In this document: positions 45,512 through 55,222 of the stretch, one piece after another
Position numbering within the stretch: position 1 is the stretch's first letter
Layout of the letters: every line of letters starts with the position of its first letter
From: Flavobacteriales bacterium
GTDB taxonomy: Bacteria > Bacteroidota > Bacteroidia > Flavobacteriales_F > PHOS-HE28
NCBI GenBank assembly: GCA_031371785.1
Contig: JANMKC010000122.1
Span: 1 to 61,229 of the forward strand
DNA length: 61,229 nt
Reading direction: 5' to 3'
The notes under the pieces: generated by a model
Database searches by the model: none
Told to the model about the DNA's origin: nothing
Seen by the model: the letters and a program-made list of their open reading frames with translations, nothing else
Position numbers and translations under genes: made by a program

Positions 45512-45771
45512 GGTCCGATCTACCGCGCTATCGAACGACTTTCAGCGGGAAGTGGACCAGTGGACCGGTGCAGCAGTGTACCCCTGGACCATCTCCACCA
45601 GTTCCGCGATCCGAACAGCGCAACGGCGGATCATGCGGTGGGATTAGCGGACCGGTCGCGGATCGCACATCTGTTGCACTCTTGCATTGGTCAACTGGTA
45701 CACGCACCGGAAACGCATGGCTCCCTCCGGGATACCTTCGCAACGGCCTTGTGGCCGCGTTCCGATCCTGC

Positions 45772-48700
45772 ATGTTCCGCTCACGCTTCCGTTTCCATCC
45801 CGTTCTTCCTGTTGTGCTCATTCTCGGATCATGCGGTACGCATCCGGATCCGAACGGATCCGCGCAACCATCCAACGCACCGCACGGGCCGCTGTTCACC
45901 AGCGTTCCAGCGGATTCGAGCCACATCACCTTCAACAACACCATCACCGAATCACCTGACCTCAACTACTTCACCTATGTGTACGCATACAACGGTGGAG
46001 GCGTCGCCGTTGGCGACATCGATGGTGATGGCTTGCAGGATGTATACTTCACCGGCAACCAGGTCGGTGACAAGCTCTATCGCAACCTCGGCGGATTGAA
46101 ATTCGAGGACATCACCGACAAAGCGATCGGGCCGGAAGCGCATGAAGGCTGGCACACCGGCGTGACGATGGCCGACGTGAACGCGGATGGAATGCTGGAC
46201 ATCTACGTGTGCCGCAGCGGGCCCAGCCACGACACATTGCTCACCGCGAACCTGCTCTTCATGAACAACGGCGACGGCACCTTCGCCGAGCGCGCGCGCG
46301 ATCTCGGTGTCGCTGATTCTTCGCACAGCACACAAGCCGCTTTCTTCGATGCGGACAAGGATGGCGACCTCGATCTCTACGTGGCGAACCATCCCACCGG
46401 GCGCATGCACGGCCTCAGCAATTTCACCGCACTGAAGGCCGTGAAGGAGCATCGAGCGCCAACGGACCGCTTCTACCGCAACGATGCCGGTCATTTCACG
46501 GATGCCACCTATTCCGCCGATCTGCAGAACTTCGACTACACGCTCGGCCTCAGCGTGAGCGATCTCGATCAGGACGGCTGGCCGGACATCTACACCGGCA
46601 ACGACTTCGATGCGCCGGACCTGATGTATATCAATCGCGGAGCGAACGCCTCCACACCGGGGAGGCCGGGTGGGGTCTCTTTCTCCGAGCAGCTGCAGTT
46701 CCGCCTGCGGCACATCAGCAACTTCAGCATGGGCTGCGACGTGGCGGATTACAATAACGATGGGCTGCCGGACATCCTGTCGCTGGACATGACCGCGGAC
46801 GATCACCTGCGCAACAAGACCAACATGGCCAGCATGAGCCCGCAGAAATTCTGGGGGCTGGTGAACGGCGGCTACTTCTTCCAGTACATGGTCAACACAT
46901 TGCAGTTGAACAACGGCAACGGCACGTGGAGCGAAGTGGGGCAGCTCGCCGGCATCGCGCGCACCGACTGGAGCTGGGCCCCGTTGTTCGCCGATCTCGA
47001 CAACGACGGCTGGAAGGACGTGCTCATCACCAATGGCTATCTGCACGATGTGCGCAACAATGACTACACGCATTCCACCTACGACAAGCTCAAGAGCGGT
47101 TCTGATTTCTTTGGAACCCTCGGCCTCATACCCAGCACACGCATCCGCAACTACCTCTACCGCAACAATGGTGATCTCACGTTCGCAGACAGTTCGCAGG
47201 CATGGGGCTTCACCGAACCGATCAACAGCAACGGTGCCGCTTATGCCGATCTTGACAACGATGGTGATCTCGACCTGGTGATCAACAACATGGAAGCACC
47301 GGCTTCCATTTACAGGAACAACGCCACGAACTTGTTCGCCGACCGGCATTGGTTGCGCGTGAAGCCGCTGAAGGGCACAAGCGCAGCGCTCGGCACGAAA
47401 GTCTATGCGCGCATTGCTGGCACGGTGCAATACCAGGAACTCTATCCCGAACGCGGCTACGAGAGCTGCGTGGAGCCCGTGCTGCATTTCGGATTGGGAA
47501 AGGCGACGCTGGTGGATACGCTCGACGTGCAATGGCCCGATGGCAAGCGCACTCTGCTCACCAACGTGAAGGCGGATCAACTCCTCACTTTGGAACAGGA
47601 GAATGCGAACAGCTTGGTGCCACCGATCGCACCGCCCGATCCGGTCTTCCGCGAAGTGGCGGCTGATGTGGGATCGAAGTGGACGCAACAGGAGAACCCG
47701 TACAATGATTTCGAACTGGAAGTGCTGCTGCCGCACAAGCAGAGCGAACTCGGCCCGATGCTCGGCACCGGTGATGCGAACGGCGATGGACGTGATGACA
47801 TCTTCGTTGGCGGCCCGCACGGACAAGCGTCGATGCTTTGGCTGCAACGGCCCGATGGAACGTTCACCGCTTCTCCGTCACAACCGTGGACCACGCATGC
47901 CGACCAGGAAACGATGGGCAGCGTGTTCTTCGATGCGGACAAGGACGGCGACCAGGACCTGCTCATGCTCGCGGGCGGCAATGAAGAGGATCTACGCAGT
48001 CCCATCTACACGCAGCGCCTTTTCCTGAACGACGGCAAAGGCAACTACACCGAAGCGAGCGATCGCCTTCCACCGATAATGACAAGCGCCTTGCGCGCAG
48101 CAGCGGCGGATATCGATGGCGATGGCGACATGGACCTCTTCATCGGTGGTCGCACCACGCCCGCGCACTACCCCTTCGCACCACGCAGCTATCTGTTGCT
48201 GAATGACGGCACGGGACATTTCGTTGACGCGACCGAACAACTCGCTCCCGCCGCGATGGGTCCCGGCATGGTGACCGATGTGAAGTTCGCCGACCTCGAT
48301 GGCGACAAGGATCCCGACCTGCTGATCACCGGCGAATGGATGAACGTGATGTGGCTGCGCAACGACGGCGGACACTTCACCGATGCGAGTACCGATGCAG
48401 GTCTCGCCGCCACGCATGGTTGGTGGTACAGTGTGGCCGTTGCCGATGTGAACGAGGACGGGCACATGGACATCATCGCTGGGAACCTCGGCTGGAACAG
48501 CAAATTCCACGGCACGGCCGATCATCCGATACATGTGTACTGGGCCGACTTCGATGACAATGGGCGTCATGACATCGTGCTGGCGAAAGAGCGCGATGGC
48601 AAACAATTGCCCGTGCGCGGCCGCGAATGTTCCTCGCAGCAATGCCCGATGATCCTTGGCAAGTTCCCCACCTACACGGATTATGCGAACGCCGATCTGC

Positions 48701-49155
48701 GAACGATCTACACCCCGGAGAAATTGAATGGCGCGCTGCACTTGCAAGCAACGATGTTCCGATCCACCGTGTTCATCAGCGATGGCAAAGGGCACTTCAC
48801 GCCGCAGGTGCTGCCGAACATCGCGCAGGTCGCGCCTATCAATGCCATCATCCCGATGGACGTGGATGGTGACGGCCACATGGATCTGGTGTGCGCGGGC
48901 AACAACTGGGGCGCCGAGGTGGAGACCGCTCGCTATGATGCGGGCACTGGCCTGGTGCTCAAGGGCGATGGCAAAGGCGGTTTCGCGGCGATGACGGTGA
49001 TGCACAGCGGCTTCTTCGCTTGGGGCAATGTGAAGGACATGGCGTTGGTACGCACCGGTGCCGATAAACGACCGTTGATCGTCGTTGGCAACAACAACGG
49101 TGCGTTGCAGGCCTTCAAGCCATCCAAGGTGGTCAGCGCGCTTTCGGCAAAGTGA
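45772..49155 (+). CDS. VCBS/FG-GAP repeat protein with ASPIC/UnbV domain (CRTAC1 family), probable lipoprotein
   Basis: The ATG at 45772 gives MFRSRFRFHPVLPVVLILGSCG, a lipobox. There are many FG-GAP/VCBS motifs (DIDGDGLQDVY, DADKDGDLDLYV, DLDNDGDLDLV). The UnbV_ASPIC block reads WLRVKPLKGTS...GTKVYA...GYESCVEPVLHFGLG......VQWPDG. Confidence 0.85.
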   Translation: MFRSRFRFHPVLPVVLILGSCGTHPDPNGSAQPSNAPHGPLFTSVPADSSHITFNNTITESPDLNYFTYVYAYNGGGVAVGDIDGDGLQDVYFTGNQVGDKLYRNLGGLKFEDITDKAIGPEAHEGWHTGVTMADVNADGMLDIYVCRSGPSHDTLLTANLLFMNNGDGTFAERARDLGVADSSHSTQAAFFDADKDGDLDLYVANHPTGRMHGLSNFTALKAVKEHRAPTDRFYRNDAGHFTDATYSADLQNFDYTLGLSVSDLDQDGWPDIYTGNDFDAPDLMYINRGANASTPGRPGGVSFSEQLQFRLRHISNFSMGCDVADYNNDGLPDILSLDMTADDHLRNKTNMASMSPQKFWGLVNGGYFFQYMVNTLQLNNGNGTWSEVGQLAGIARTDWSWAPLFADLDNDGWKDVLITNGYLHDVRNNDYTHSTYDKLKSGSDFFGTLGLIPSTRIRNYLYRNNGDLTFADSSQAWGFTEPINSNGAAYADLDNDGDLDLVINNMEAPASIYRNNATNLFADRHWLRVKPLKGTSAALGTKVYARIAGTVQYQELYPERGYESCVEPVLHFGLGKATLVDTLDVQWPDGKRTLLTNVKADQLLTLEQENANSLVPPIAPPDPVFREVAADVGSKWTQQENPYNDFELEVLLPHKQSELGPMLGTGDANGDGRDDIFVGGPHGQASMLWLQRPDGTFTASPSQPWTTHADQETMGSVFFDADKDGDQDLLMLAGGNEEDLRSPIYTQRLFLNDGKGNYTEASDRLPPIMTSALRAAAADIDGDGDMDLFIGGRTTPAHYPFAPRSYLLLNDGTGHFVDATEQLAPAAMGPGMVTDVKFADLDGDKDPDLLITGEWMNVMWLRNDGGHFTDASTDAGLAATHGWWYSVAVADVNEDGHMDIIAGNLGWNSKFHGTADHPIHVYWADFDDNGRHDIVLAKERDGKQLPVRGRECSSQQCPMILGKFPTYTDYANADLRTIYTPEKLNGALHLQATMFRSTVFISDGKGHFTPQVLPNIAQVAPINAIIPMDVDGDGHMDLVCAGNNWGAEVETARYDAGTGLVLKGDGKGGFAAMTVMHSGFFAWGNVKDMALVRTGADKRPLIVVGNNNGALQAFKPSKVVSALSAK

Positions 49156-50170
49156 AGCTGAACGTGGTGCCTTTGCGTTCCTCGCTCTTCACGGTGATGG
49201 TACCGCCGTGCGCTTCGACGATGTGCTTCACGATGGCCAGGCCCAGCCCACTTCCACCTTCATTGCGCGCGCGGCTCCGGCCCACACGGTAGAAACGCTC
49301 GAACAATCGCGGCAGGTGCTCCTCGGCGATGCCGATGCCATTGTCGCCCACCTCCACCAGCACGCGATCACCCACATCGAACGAGCGCACCGCGCACCAT
49401 CCATCTTCGGTGCCGTAGTTGATGGCGTTGTTGAACAGGTTGGCGAAGACCTGCAGGAGGCGGCCATGATCGGCGCGCACGAAGACATCCTCTGCGAGTT
49501 CGTTCCGCAGTTCGATCCGGCCCTCCTTCGCGTTGCGCTCCAGCGTACCGATCATCTCGTTCACCGGTGCGTTCAGGTCCACGCGTTCCATCTCCATCTC
49601 CATCACCCCGCTTTCCAATCGCGTGATCAGGTCCAGGTCCTCCACGATGCGGATCAACCGGTCCACGCCATTGCTCGCCCGGCCCAGGAAATCGCGGTTC
49701 ACCTTGCCATCCTCCAGGCCGCCTTCCAACAGCGTGAGGATGTAGCCTTGGATGCTGAAGATGGGCGTGCGCAGTTCATGGGCGAGGTTGCCGATGAACT
49801 CGCGACGATAGCGTTCGCGCTCTTTCAGTCCGATGATCTCCTCGCGCTTTTCCGCCGCCCACGTACTCACTTCTTCCCCCACGGAGCCCAGCGGATCCTG
49901 ACCAACGCTCAAGACCGGCTCACCACCCTTTTGCGTCTCGTGGATGGTGCGATGGATCAGGTCGACGCGCTCCTGCACGAACCGCTTGATCAAATAGGAT
50001 GAAACGAAGAAGACCACCAGCCCCACGCCAAGACCGATCGATAGGGCAGGCCATGGGTCCGCGATCCCGCCCGTCTCCAATGCCACGGGAACCCATAGGA
50101 TCAACGCAACGCACAACGCCGCGATCAACGCGATGAGCGCGGCCAGTCTACGGGGTGATCGCAGGTCCAT
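49133..50170 (-). CDS. sensor histidine kinase (HisKA plus HATPase_c)
   Basis: The H-box is FIGNLAHELRTPIFSIQGY, the N-box is LLQVFANLFNNAINY, and the G-boxes are VGDNGIGI and GGSGLGLAIV. The N-terminus has two TM segments. The listed start at 50221 is a TTG; the ATG at 50170 gives MDLRSPRRLAALIALIAAL. Confidence 0.88.
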   Translation of the reverse strand: MDLRSPRRLAALIALIAALCVALILWVPVALETGGIADPWPALSIGLGVGLVVFFVSSYLIKRFVQERVDLIHRTIHETQKGGEPVLSVGQDPLGSVGEEVSTWAAEKREEIIGLKERERYRREFIGNLAHELRTPIFSIQGYILTLLEGGLEDGKVNRDFLGRASNGVDRLIRIVEDLDLITRLESGVMEMEMERVDLNAPVNEMIGTLERNAKEGRIELRNELAEDVFVRADHGRLLQVFANLFNNAINYGTEDGWCAVRSFDVGDRVLVEVGDNGIGIAEEHLPRLFERFYRVGRSRARNEGGSGLGLAIVKHIVEAHGGTITVKSEERKGTTFSFTLPKAR

Positions 50171-50294
50171 ACCTCGGCGACGAAGGTAGCCGCCGTTCCT
50201 CTCGGAAGCCTTGCGGGACAAGGCGCGCAGCCCGCCCCGGCTTAACGTGCCGGAAACATTCCACGGCTAAGTTCGCGCTCCTTTTTCCGGAACG

Positions 50295-51983
50295 ATGCGC
50301 TTCGGCGTTCTGCAATTCCTCCTGCTCGCGGGCTCCCTCGGCCTCTTCATATACGGTATGAAGGTGATGAGCGAGGGCCTGCAGAAAGTCGCCGGTGCCC
50401 GCATGCGCCGTGTGCTCGAAGCGATGACCAAGGACCGCTTCCGAGGTGTGTTCACGGGCTTCCTCACCACCGTCATCGTCCAGTATTCCTCCGTTACCTC
50501 GGTGATGGTGGTGAGCTTCGTGAACGCGGGACTGCTCTCCCTGCGCCAAGCCATTCCCGTGCTCATGGGCGCCAACATCGGCACCACGGTGAAGCTGTTG
50601 CTTTTCGCCTGGATCGGCTTCTCCTCGGTGAAGCTCTCGGTGATCGCTGTGCCCATCATGGGGCTCGCACTGCCACTGCTGTTCATGCGCAGTGGCCGCA
50701 TGAAGGCCATCAGCGAACTGATGATGGGTGCCGCGCTCCTCTTCCTCGGGCTCGATCTGCTGAAGGAGTACATGCCCATTCCCTCCGCGCAGGCGATGAC
50801 CTTCCTGCAAGGGCTCTCTTCGTACGGCATCGGTTCGGCCGTGCTCTTCACCCTCATCGGCGCAGCGCTGGCCATCGTTACACAGAGCAGCAGTGTGGCG
50901 CTCATCCTCACCGTGGTGATGTGCGAGAAGGGCATCATCGGCTACGAGATGGCCGCCGCGCTGGTGATCGGGGAGAACATCGGCACCACGCTCACGGCCA
51001 ACATCGCGGCGCTCGTGGGCAACGTATGGGCGAAGCGCGCCGCACGCGCGCACTTCGTCATCAAGCTCTTCGGCGCGCTCTGGGTCCTGCTCCTGTTCAA
51101 ACCTTGCCTCTCCGGCATCGCGATGCTCACCGAACGCATCAACCACGTGTCACCCTTCACCGACACAGCGGCGCTGAAGTGGTCGCTCACCTATCTGCAC
51201 ATCATTTTCAACCTGATCAACACGCTGCTGTTGCTGCGCTTTACCCCGTTCATCGAAAAGGTGGTCACGCGCATGGTGCCCTCGAAGGGCGCACCCGACG
51301 AGGAGTACCGCTTGGAGTACATCGACGACCCGATGATGGCACTGACGCCCGAACTCAGTCTCCTCGAAGCGAAGAAGGAGATCCTGAAATTCGGCGGGCT
51401 CTGCCACCGCATGATGGGCATGGTGCGCGACCTGCTGATCGAGAAGGACGCTGGCGAACGCAGCGCCCTGTTGGACCGCATCGCGCGTTACGAGGTGATC
51501 ACCGATCGCGTGGAAGTGGAGGTGAGCCGCTTCCTTACCAAGACGGGGACCGAGGCAGGTGACGAAAAACTCAGCGAGCGCATACGCGGAATGATCAGCA
51601 TCATCGGCGATCTGGAACGCGTGGGCGACATCCTCTTCCAGATGAGCAAGGGGCTGGAACGCAAAAGCGATGAGCGCCTGTGGTTCACCCCGGAACAACG
51701 CCAGAACCTGCTGGAGATGCTGCAACTCGTTGACAAGGCGTTCGAGGTGATGTTGCACAATCTCGAAGCGGACCGCGATGCCGTGAAGCTCGATGAAGCG
51801 ATGGAGATGGAACAGCACATCAACCAGCAGCGCGATGTGCTGCGCCGCGCGCATCTCAAGAGCGTGGAGAGCGGTGATCACAACATGAAGAGCGGGCTGG
51901 TCTACAACGATCTCTTCAATAGCTGCGAGAAGCTCGGCGATCACCTCATCAACGTGAGCGAGGCGTTGGTGGGGATGGTGTGA
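50295..51983 (+). CDS. Na/Pi cotransporter family protein with C-terminal PhoU-like repeats
   Basis: The N-terminus is LLLAGSLGLFIYGMKVMSEGLQKVAG, with repeated Na_Pi_cotrans segments (SSVTSVMVVSFVNAG; SSSVALILT). The C-terminal helical region resembles PhoU. Confidence 0.88.
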   Translation: MRFGVLQFLLLAGSLGLFIYGMKVMSEGLQKVAGARMRRVLEAMTKDRFRGVFTGFLTTVIVQYSSVTSVMVVSFVNAGLLSLRQAIPVLMGANIGTTVKLLLFAWIGFSSVKLSVIAVPIMGLALPLLFMRSGRMKAISELMMGAALLFLGLDLLKEYMPIPSAQAMTFLQGLSSYGIGSAVLFTLIGAALAIVTQSSSVALILTVVMCEKGIIGYEMAAALVIGENIGTTLTANIAALVGNVWAKRAARAHFVIKLFGALWVLLLFKPCLSGIAMLTERINHVSPFTDTAALKWSLTYLHIIFNLINTLLLLRFTPFIEKVVTRMVPSKGAPDEEYRLEYIDDPMMALTPELSLLEAKKEILKFGGLCHRMMGMVRDLLIEKDAGERSALLDRIARYEVITDRVEVEVSRFLTKTGTEAGDEKLSERIRGMISIIGDLERVGDILFQMSKGLERKSDERLWFTPEQRQNLLEMLQLVDKAFEVMLHNLEADRDAVKLDEAMEMEQHINQQRDVLRRAHLKSVESGDHNMKSGLVYNDLFNSCEKLGDHLINVSEALVGMV

Positions 51984-52072
51984 TGGTTGTTGGTTGTTGG
52001 TTGTTGGTTGTTCGGCTGGGTGGCATGACCAGTTCGGCATTCACCAACAACCAGCAACCAACAACCAACAAC
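51984..52072. repeat. heptamer-arm hairpin element, copy 3 (fills the gap between convergent genes)
   Basis: The left arm is (TGGTTGT)x4-like (51984-52012). The core is CGGCTGGGTGGCATGACCAGTTCGGCATTC. The right arm is ACCAACAACCAGCAACCAACAACCAACAAC (52043-52072). It starts 1 nt after the stop at 51983 and ends 4 nt before the stop at 52076. Confidence 0.85.
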
Positions 52073-52075
52073 TTA

Positions 52076-52588
52076 TCAGTGCAACATGATCGTATTCGTC
52101 GTCACCACATTGCTCTCGTGCAGGGCGCGATCGACGAGCTTCACCGTGGTGCGCACTGTATCGCCCACATCGATCGGTGGAAGGCCCAAGCGAATGCCGG
52201 GAAAGGGGCTCAGCGTTACCGCGAGTTCGCCGTCAAGTGCCTTGTTCTGCCCGGTAGGCGTGATCACCGGAACGCGGAAGTACCAGTAGGACTGCGCATC
52301 GGTCCACGCCCCGTTCCTGCGGATCTGGAAGTCACAGAAGAGATTCTTGTAGTAGACCGACGAAGTATCGTACGGCGGGAACGTGTCGCCCTGCGCCAGG
52401 CCGATATCGCCATCACCATCCGTGAAGTTGATCGCCAGTTTCAAGGTGTCCCCGCTTTGCACGAAACTCTTCAGGGTGATCGCCGGTTCCACCGGAAAGG
52501 CCTCCTTCTTCAGGCAAGCGCCGCACAGCGTGGCGACCACCGCCAAGGCAGCCGCTACTTTTGGCGCTGTTGTATGCTTCCGTTCCAT
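52076..52588 (-). CDS. hypothetical lipoprotein
   Basis: The ATG at 52588 gives MERKHTTAPKVAAALAVVATLCGAC, a lipobox-like signal. The listed start at 52597 is a TTG. No family was recognised. Confidence 0.6.
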   Translation of the reverse strand: MERKHTTAPKVAAALAVVATLCGACLKKEAFPVEPAITLKSFVQSGDTLKLAINFTDGDGDIGLAQGDTFPPYDTSSVYYKNLFCDFQIRRNGAWTDAQSYWYFRVPVITPTGQNKALDGELAVTLSPFPGIRLGLPPIDVGDTVRTTVKLVDRALHESNVVTTNTIMLH

Positions 52589-52611
52589 TGTCCCCAAATG
52601 TAATCCGGTAC

Positions 52612-53646
52612 GTGCCGCTTTCCCTTATCAGTGATCCCGCTTTGCTTGAACGCCCGTTCGCCATCGCCGGTACACAGGACTTCAACGCGTTCGCGCTCGA
52701 TCTATTCTTTTTGCATGCCGAGAGCAACCCGGTGTACCGTGGATTCCTGAAAGCACTGAACATCGATCCGGCGAACGTGCGCGATGTGGAGGACATCCCG
52801 TTCCTGCCCATCGGCTTCTTCCGGAACCAGCGCGTACTCCTTGATGGCGTGGAACCAGCTGTCACCTTCACGAGTAGCGGAACGACACACCTACGCCAAG
52901 GCCTCGGCGGGCAAGCTGGATCGATCACTAGCAGTCATCACGTTCCTTGGCCTTCATTGTACGAGCGGTCGTTCCTTACTTCCTTCACTTCGGCATACGG
53001 AGCTCCTTCGCGTTGGCGAGTGCTCGCGCTCTTGCCCGCCTACCTCGAGCGCAACGGCAGTTCGCTCGTGTACATGGCCGAGAAGTTGATCGGGGCCAGT
53101 GGCGATCCGCTCAGCGGCACCTACCTCTACCAGTACGATCGCCTCGCGGAAGTGCTCGCGCAAAGCGAGGCGGAAGCGAAGCCCACACTCCTGCTCGGCG
53201 TCACCTTCGCACTGCTCGACCTGGCTGAAAAACACCCGATGCCGCTGAAGCACACCGTGGTGATGGAGACCGGCGGCATGAAGGGTCGGCGGCCAGAGAT
53301 CGTGCGCGAGGAACTGCATCGCATCCTGAAAGAGGCTTTCGCGATCACCGCCGTACACAGCGAATACGGCATGACGGAACTGCTCTCACAAGCCTGGTCG
53401 CAAGGCGATGGATTCTATCGTTGCCCGCCCTGGATGCGCGTGCTCTTGCGTGAGGTGAACGATCCCTTCGCCCGCGTGGAAAATGGTCGCACTGGCGGCA
53501 TCGATGTGATCGATCTCTGCAACATCGCGAGCTGTCCCTTCATCAGCACGCAGGACCTTGGCCGCGCACACGACGATGGATCTTTCGAGGTGCTCGGGCG
53601 TTTCGATAACAGCGATGTGAGGGGGTGCAATCTGATGGTGGAATGA
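52612..53646 (+). CDS. LuxE/PaaK-like acyl-protein synthetase / acyltransferase family protein (start uncertain)
   Basis: The N-terminal region FNAFALDLFFLHAESNPVYRGFLKALNIDP...IPFLPIGFFRNQRV is typical of this Bacteroidota family. The ORF has no in-frame ATG near its 5' end. Candidate starts are TTG 52561, GTG 52612 and TTG 52642. Confidence 0.6.
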   Translation: MPLSLISDPALLERPFAIAGTQDFNAFALDLFFLHAESNPVYRGFLKALNIDPANVRDVEDIPFLPIGFFRNQRVLLDGVEPAVTFTSSGTTHLRQGLGGQAGSITSSHHVPWPSLYERSFLTSFTSAYGAPSRWRVLALLPAYLERNGSSLVYMAEKLIGASGDPLSGTYLYQYDRLAEVLAQSEAEAKPTLLLGVTFALLDLAEKHPMPLKHTVVMETGGMKGRRPEIVREELHRILKEAFAITAVHSEYGMTELLSQAWSQGDGFYRCPPWMRVLLREVNDPFARVENGRTGGIDVIDLCNIASCPFISTQDLGRAHDDGSFEVLGRFDNSDVRGCNLMVE

Positions 53647-53653
53647 CCGCTGT

Positions 53654-53749
53654 CGTCATCGCGAGCGGCGCATTTGGCCGCGAAGCGATCTTTGATCCTA
53701 CCCTGGCCAATCAAAGATCGCTTCGCTCGAAGACTCGTTCGCGATGACG
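53654..53749. repeat. nested ~96-nt palindromic element (probable bidirectional terminator; second repeat family)
   Basis: The outer inverted repeat is CGTCATCGCGA (53654-53664) / TCGCGATGACG (53739-53749). The inner perfect 17-bp inverted repeat is GCGAAGCGATCTTTGAT (53680-53696) / ATCAAAGATCGCTTCGC (53710-53726). It lies between convergent genes. Confidence 0.75.
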
Positions 53750-53874
53750 GATGGTTTCAGACCGCCTTCACCAAAAAGTAGTTCTTCTTCTCGCGCTGCA
53801 AGAGGATGAACCTGCTGCTGAGCCGGCCGCGTGCGTTCACCCCTGGTAGTCGCGAATGAAACAGGCTCACGCTC

Positions 53875-55173
53875 TCAATGCTTTGGACGGCGGCGAACAA
53901 AGACGGGCTTGTTCTTTGCCTTGTTCACTAAGAGGAACCGCTTGTGGAAAAAATCAGCATCAGTTATCCGGGTTTCAAGAGTTACACTCTGGCCGTTTAT
54001 TTTCAATGCACCTTCTTGAATTGCACGCTTCGCCTCCGCTTTGGATTTATAGATCGTGCTTCCGGTGGCTCCAGTCACCAGTTCGGTCACCAACATGGGT
54101 AGGGGAACGATCTCATTCAGGTCCGCACTTGCCGTGCTTCCGGAAGCGACGTTCCATGTCTCTTCGGACCAATCAGAGAAAGACCCTGTCTGTAAGCCCA
54201 AGTATACCCTGTCAGACTCCCGGACAACCAGATCCGCAGCAGCAGATCCATGCACTGTTGCGGTGATCACATAGGCCAGCTTTTTCTGAAGGTTCCGCAA
54301 ATGTTCGGCTTTGCCGTGCTCAGTGATCAAAGACTCGCATTCTTCTTGCGGCCACGTGGTGAAAATCTTCACGAAGCGGGCGGCATCCGCGTCGCTTTGT
54401 CGCAACCAGAATTGGAAGAAATCGAACGCCGTGGTTCTGCTCTTATCCAACCAAATGTTGCCGCCCTCGCTCTTGCCGAACTTGCTGCCATCGGCTTTGG
54501 TGAGCAGTGGTGTGGTGAGCGCGAAGGCCTCACCGCCATCCATGCGGCGGATCAGTTCGGTGCCCGTAGTGATGTTGCCCCATTGGTCGCTGCCGCCCAT
54601 TTGCAGCTTGCAGCCCTTGTTCTTGTAGAGCCAGTAGTAGTCATAGCCCTGCACGAGCTGGTAAGTGAACTCGGTGAAGGAGATGCCGGTCTCCATGCGG
54701 TTCTTCACGCTGTCCTTCGCCAACATGTAGCCCACGGGAATGTGCTTGCCCACTTCGCGGATGAAGCGCAGGAAACCCATGTCCTTGAACCAGTCGTAGT
54801 TGTTCACGAGTTCGGCCGGGCGCGTCGTCGAATCGAAGTCGATGAAGCGCGCGAGCTGTTTGCCCACGCATTCCTGGTTGTGGCGCAGCAGCTCCTCATC
54901 GAGCAGATTGCGTTCGCTGCTCTTCCCGCTGGGATCGCCCACCATGCCGGTGGCGCCGCCCACCAGCGCGATGGGCCGGTGACCGCTTTCTTGGAAGTGC
55001 TTGAGCATCATGATCTGCACCATATTGCCCACGTGCAGCGAATCAGCGGTGGGGTCGAAACCGATGTAACCGCTGGCCGGTCCCTTCAGCAGGAATTCCT
55101 CCGTGCCGGGCATGCTGTCGTGCAATAACCCGCGCCAGCGCAGCTCCTCCACATGGTTGCGTAGAATATCCAT
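53875..55173 (-). CDS. tyrS: tyrosine--tRNA ligase
   Basis: The ATG at 55173 gives MDILRNHVEELRWRGLLHD. The HIGH-type motif is SLHVGN and the KMSKS-type motif is KFGKS. The C-terminus has an S4-like domain. The listed 109-codon N-terminal extension is translated heptamer repeat (WLLVVGCWLL...). Confidence 0.95.
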   Translation of the reverse strand: MDILRNHVEELRWRGLLHDSMPGTEEFLLKGPASGYIGFDPTADSLHVGNMVQIMMLKHFQESGHRPIALVGGATGMVGDPSGKSSERNLLDEELLRHNQECVGKQLARFIDFDSTTRPAELVNNYDWFKDMGFLRFIREVGKHIPVGYMLAKDSVKNRMETGISFTEFTYQLVQGYDYYWLYKNKGCKLQMGGSDQWGNITTGTELIRRMDGGEAFALTTPLLTKADGSKFGKSEGGNIWLDKSRTTAFDFFQFWLRQSDADAARFVKIFTTWPQEECESLITEHGKAEHLRNLQKKLAYVITATVHGSAAADLVVRESDRVYLGLQTGSFSDWSEETWNVASGSTASADLNEIVPLPMLVTELVTGATGSTIYKSKAEAKRAIQEGALKINGQSVTLETRITDADFFHKRFLLVNKAKNKPVFVRRRPKH

Positions 55174-55222
55174 CGGCGGCGAAGATATTCCGGTGGGTGT
55201 TGAGCACGCGCAATGTTTGCCC

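Noticed and set aside
45130-45771. A 214-codon N-terminal extension of the VCBS/ASPIC ORF that overlaps the nuclease gene.
   Set aside because: The extension overlaps the 3' third of a well-supported gene in another frame and has junk-like composition. The ATG at 45772 gives a typical lipoprotein signal (…LILGSCG).
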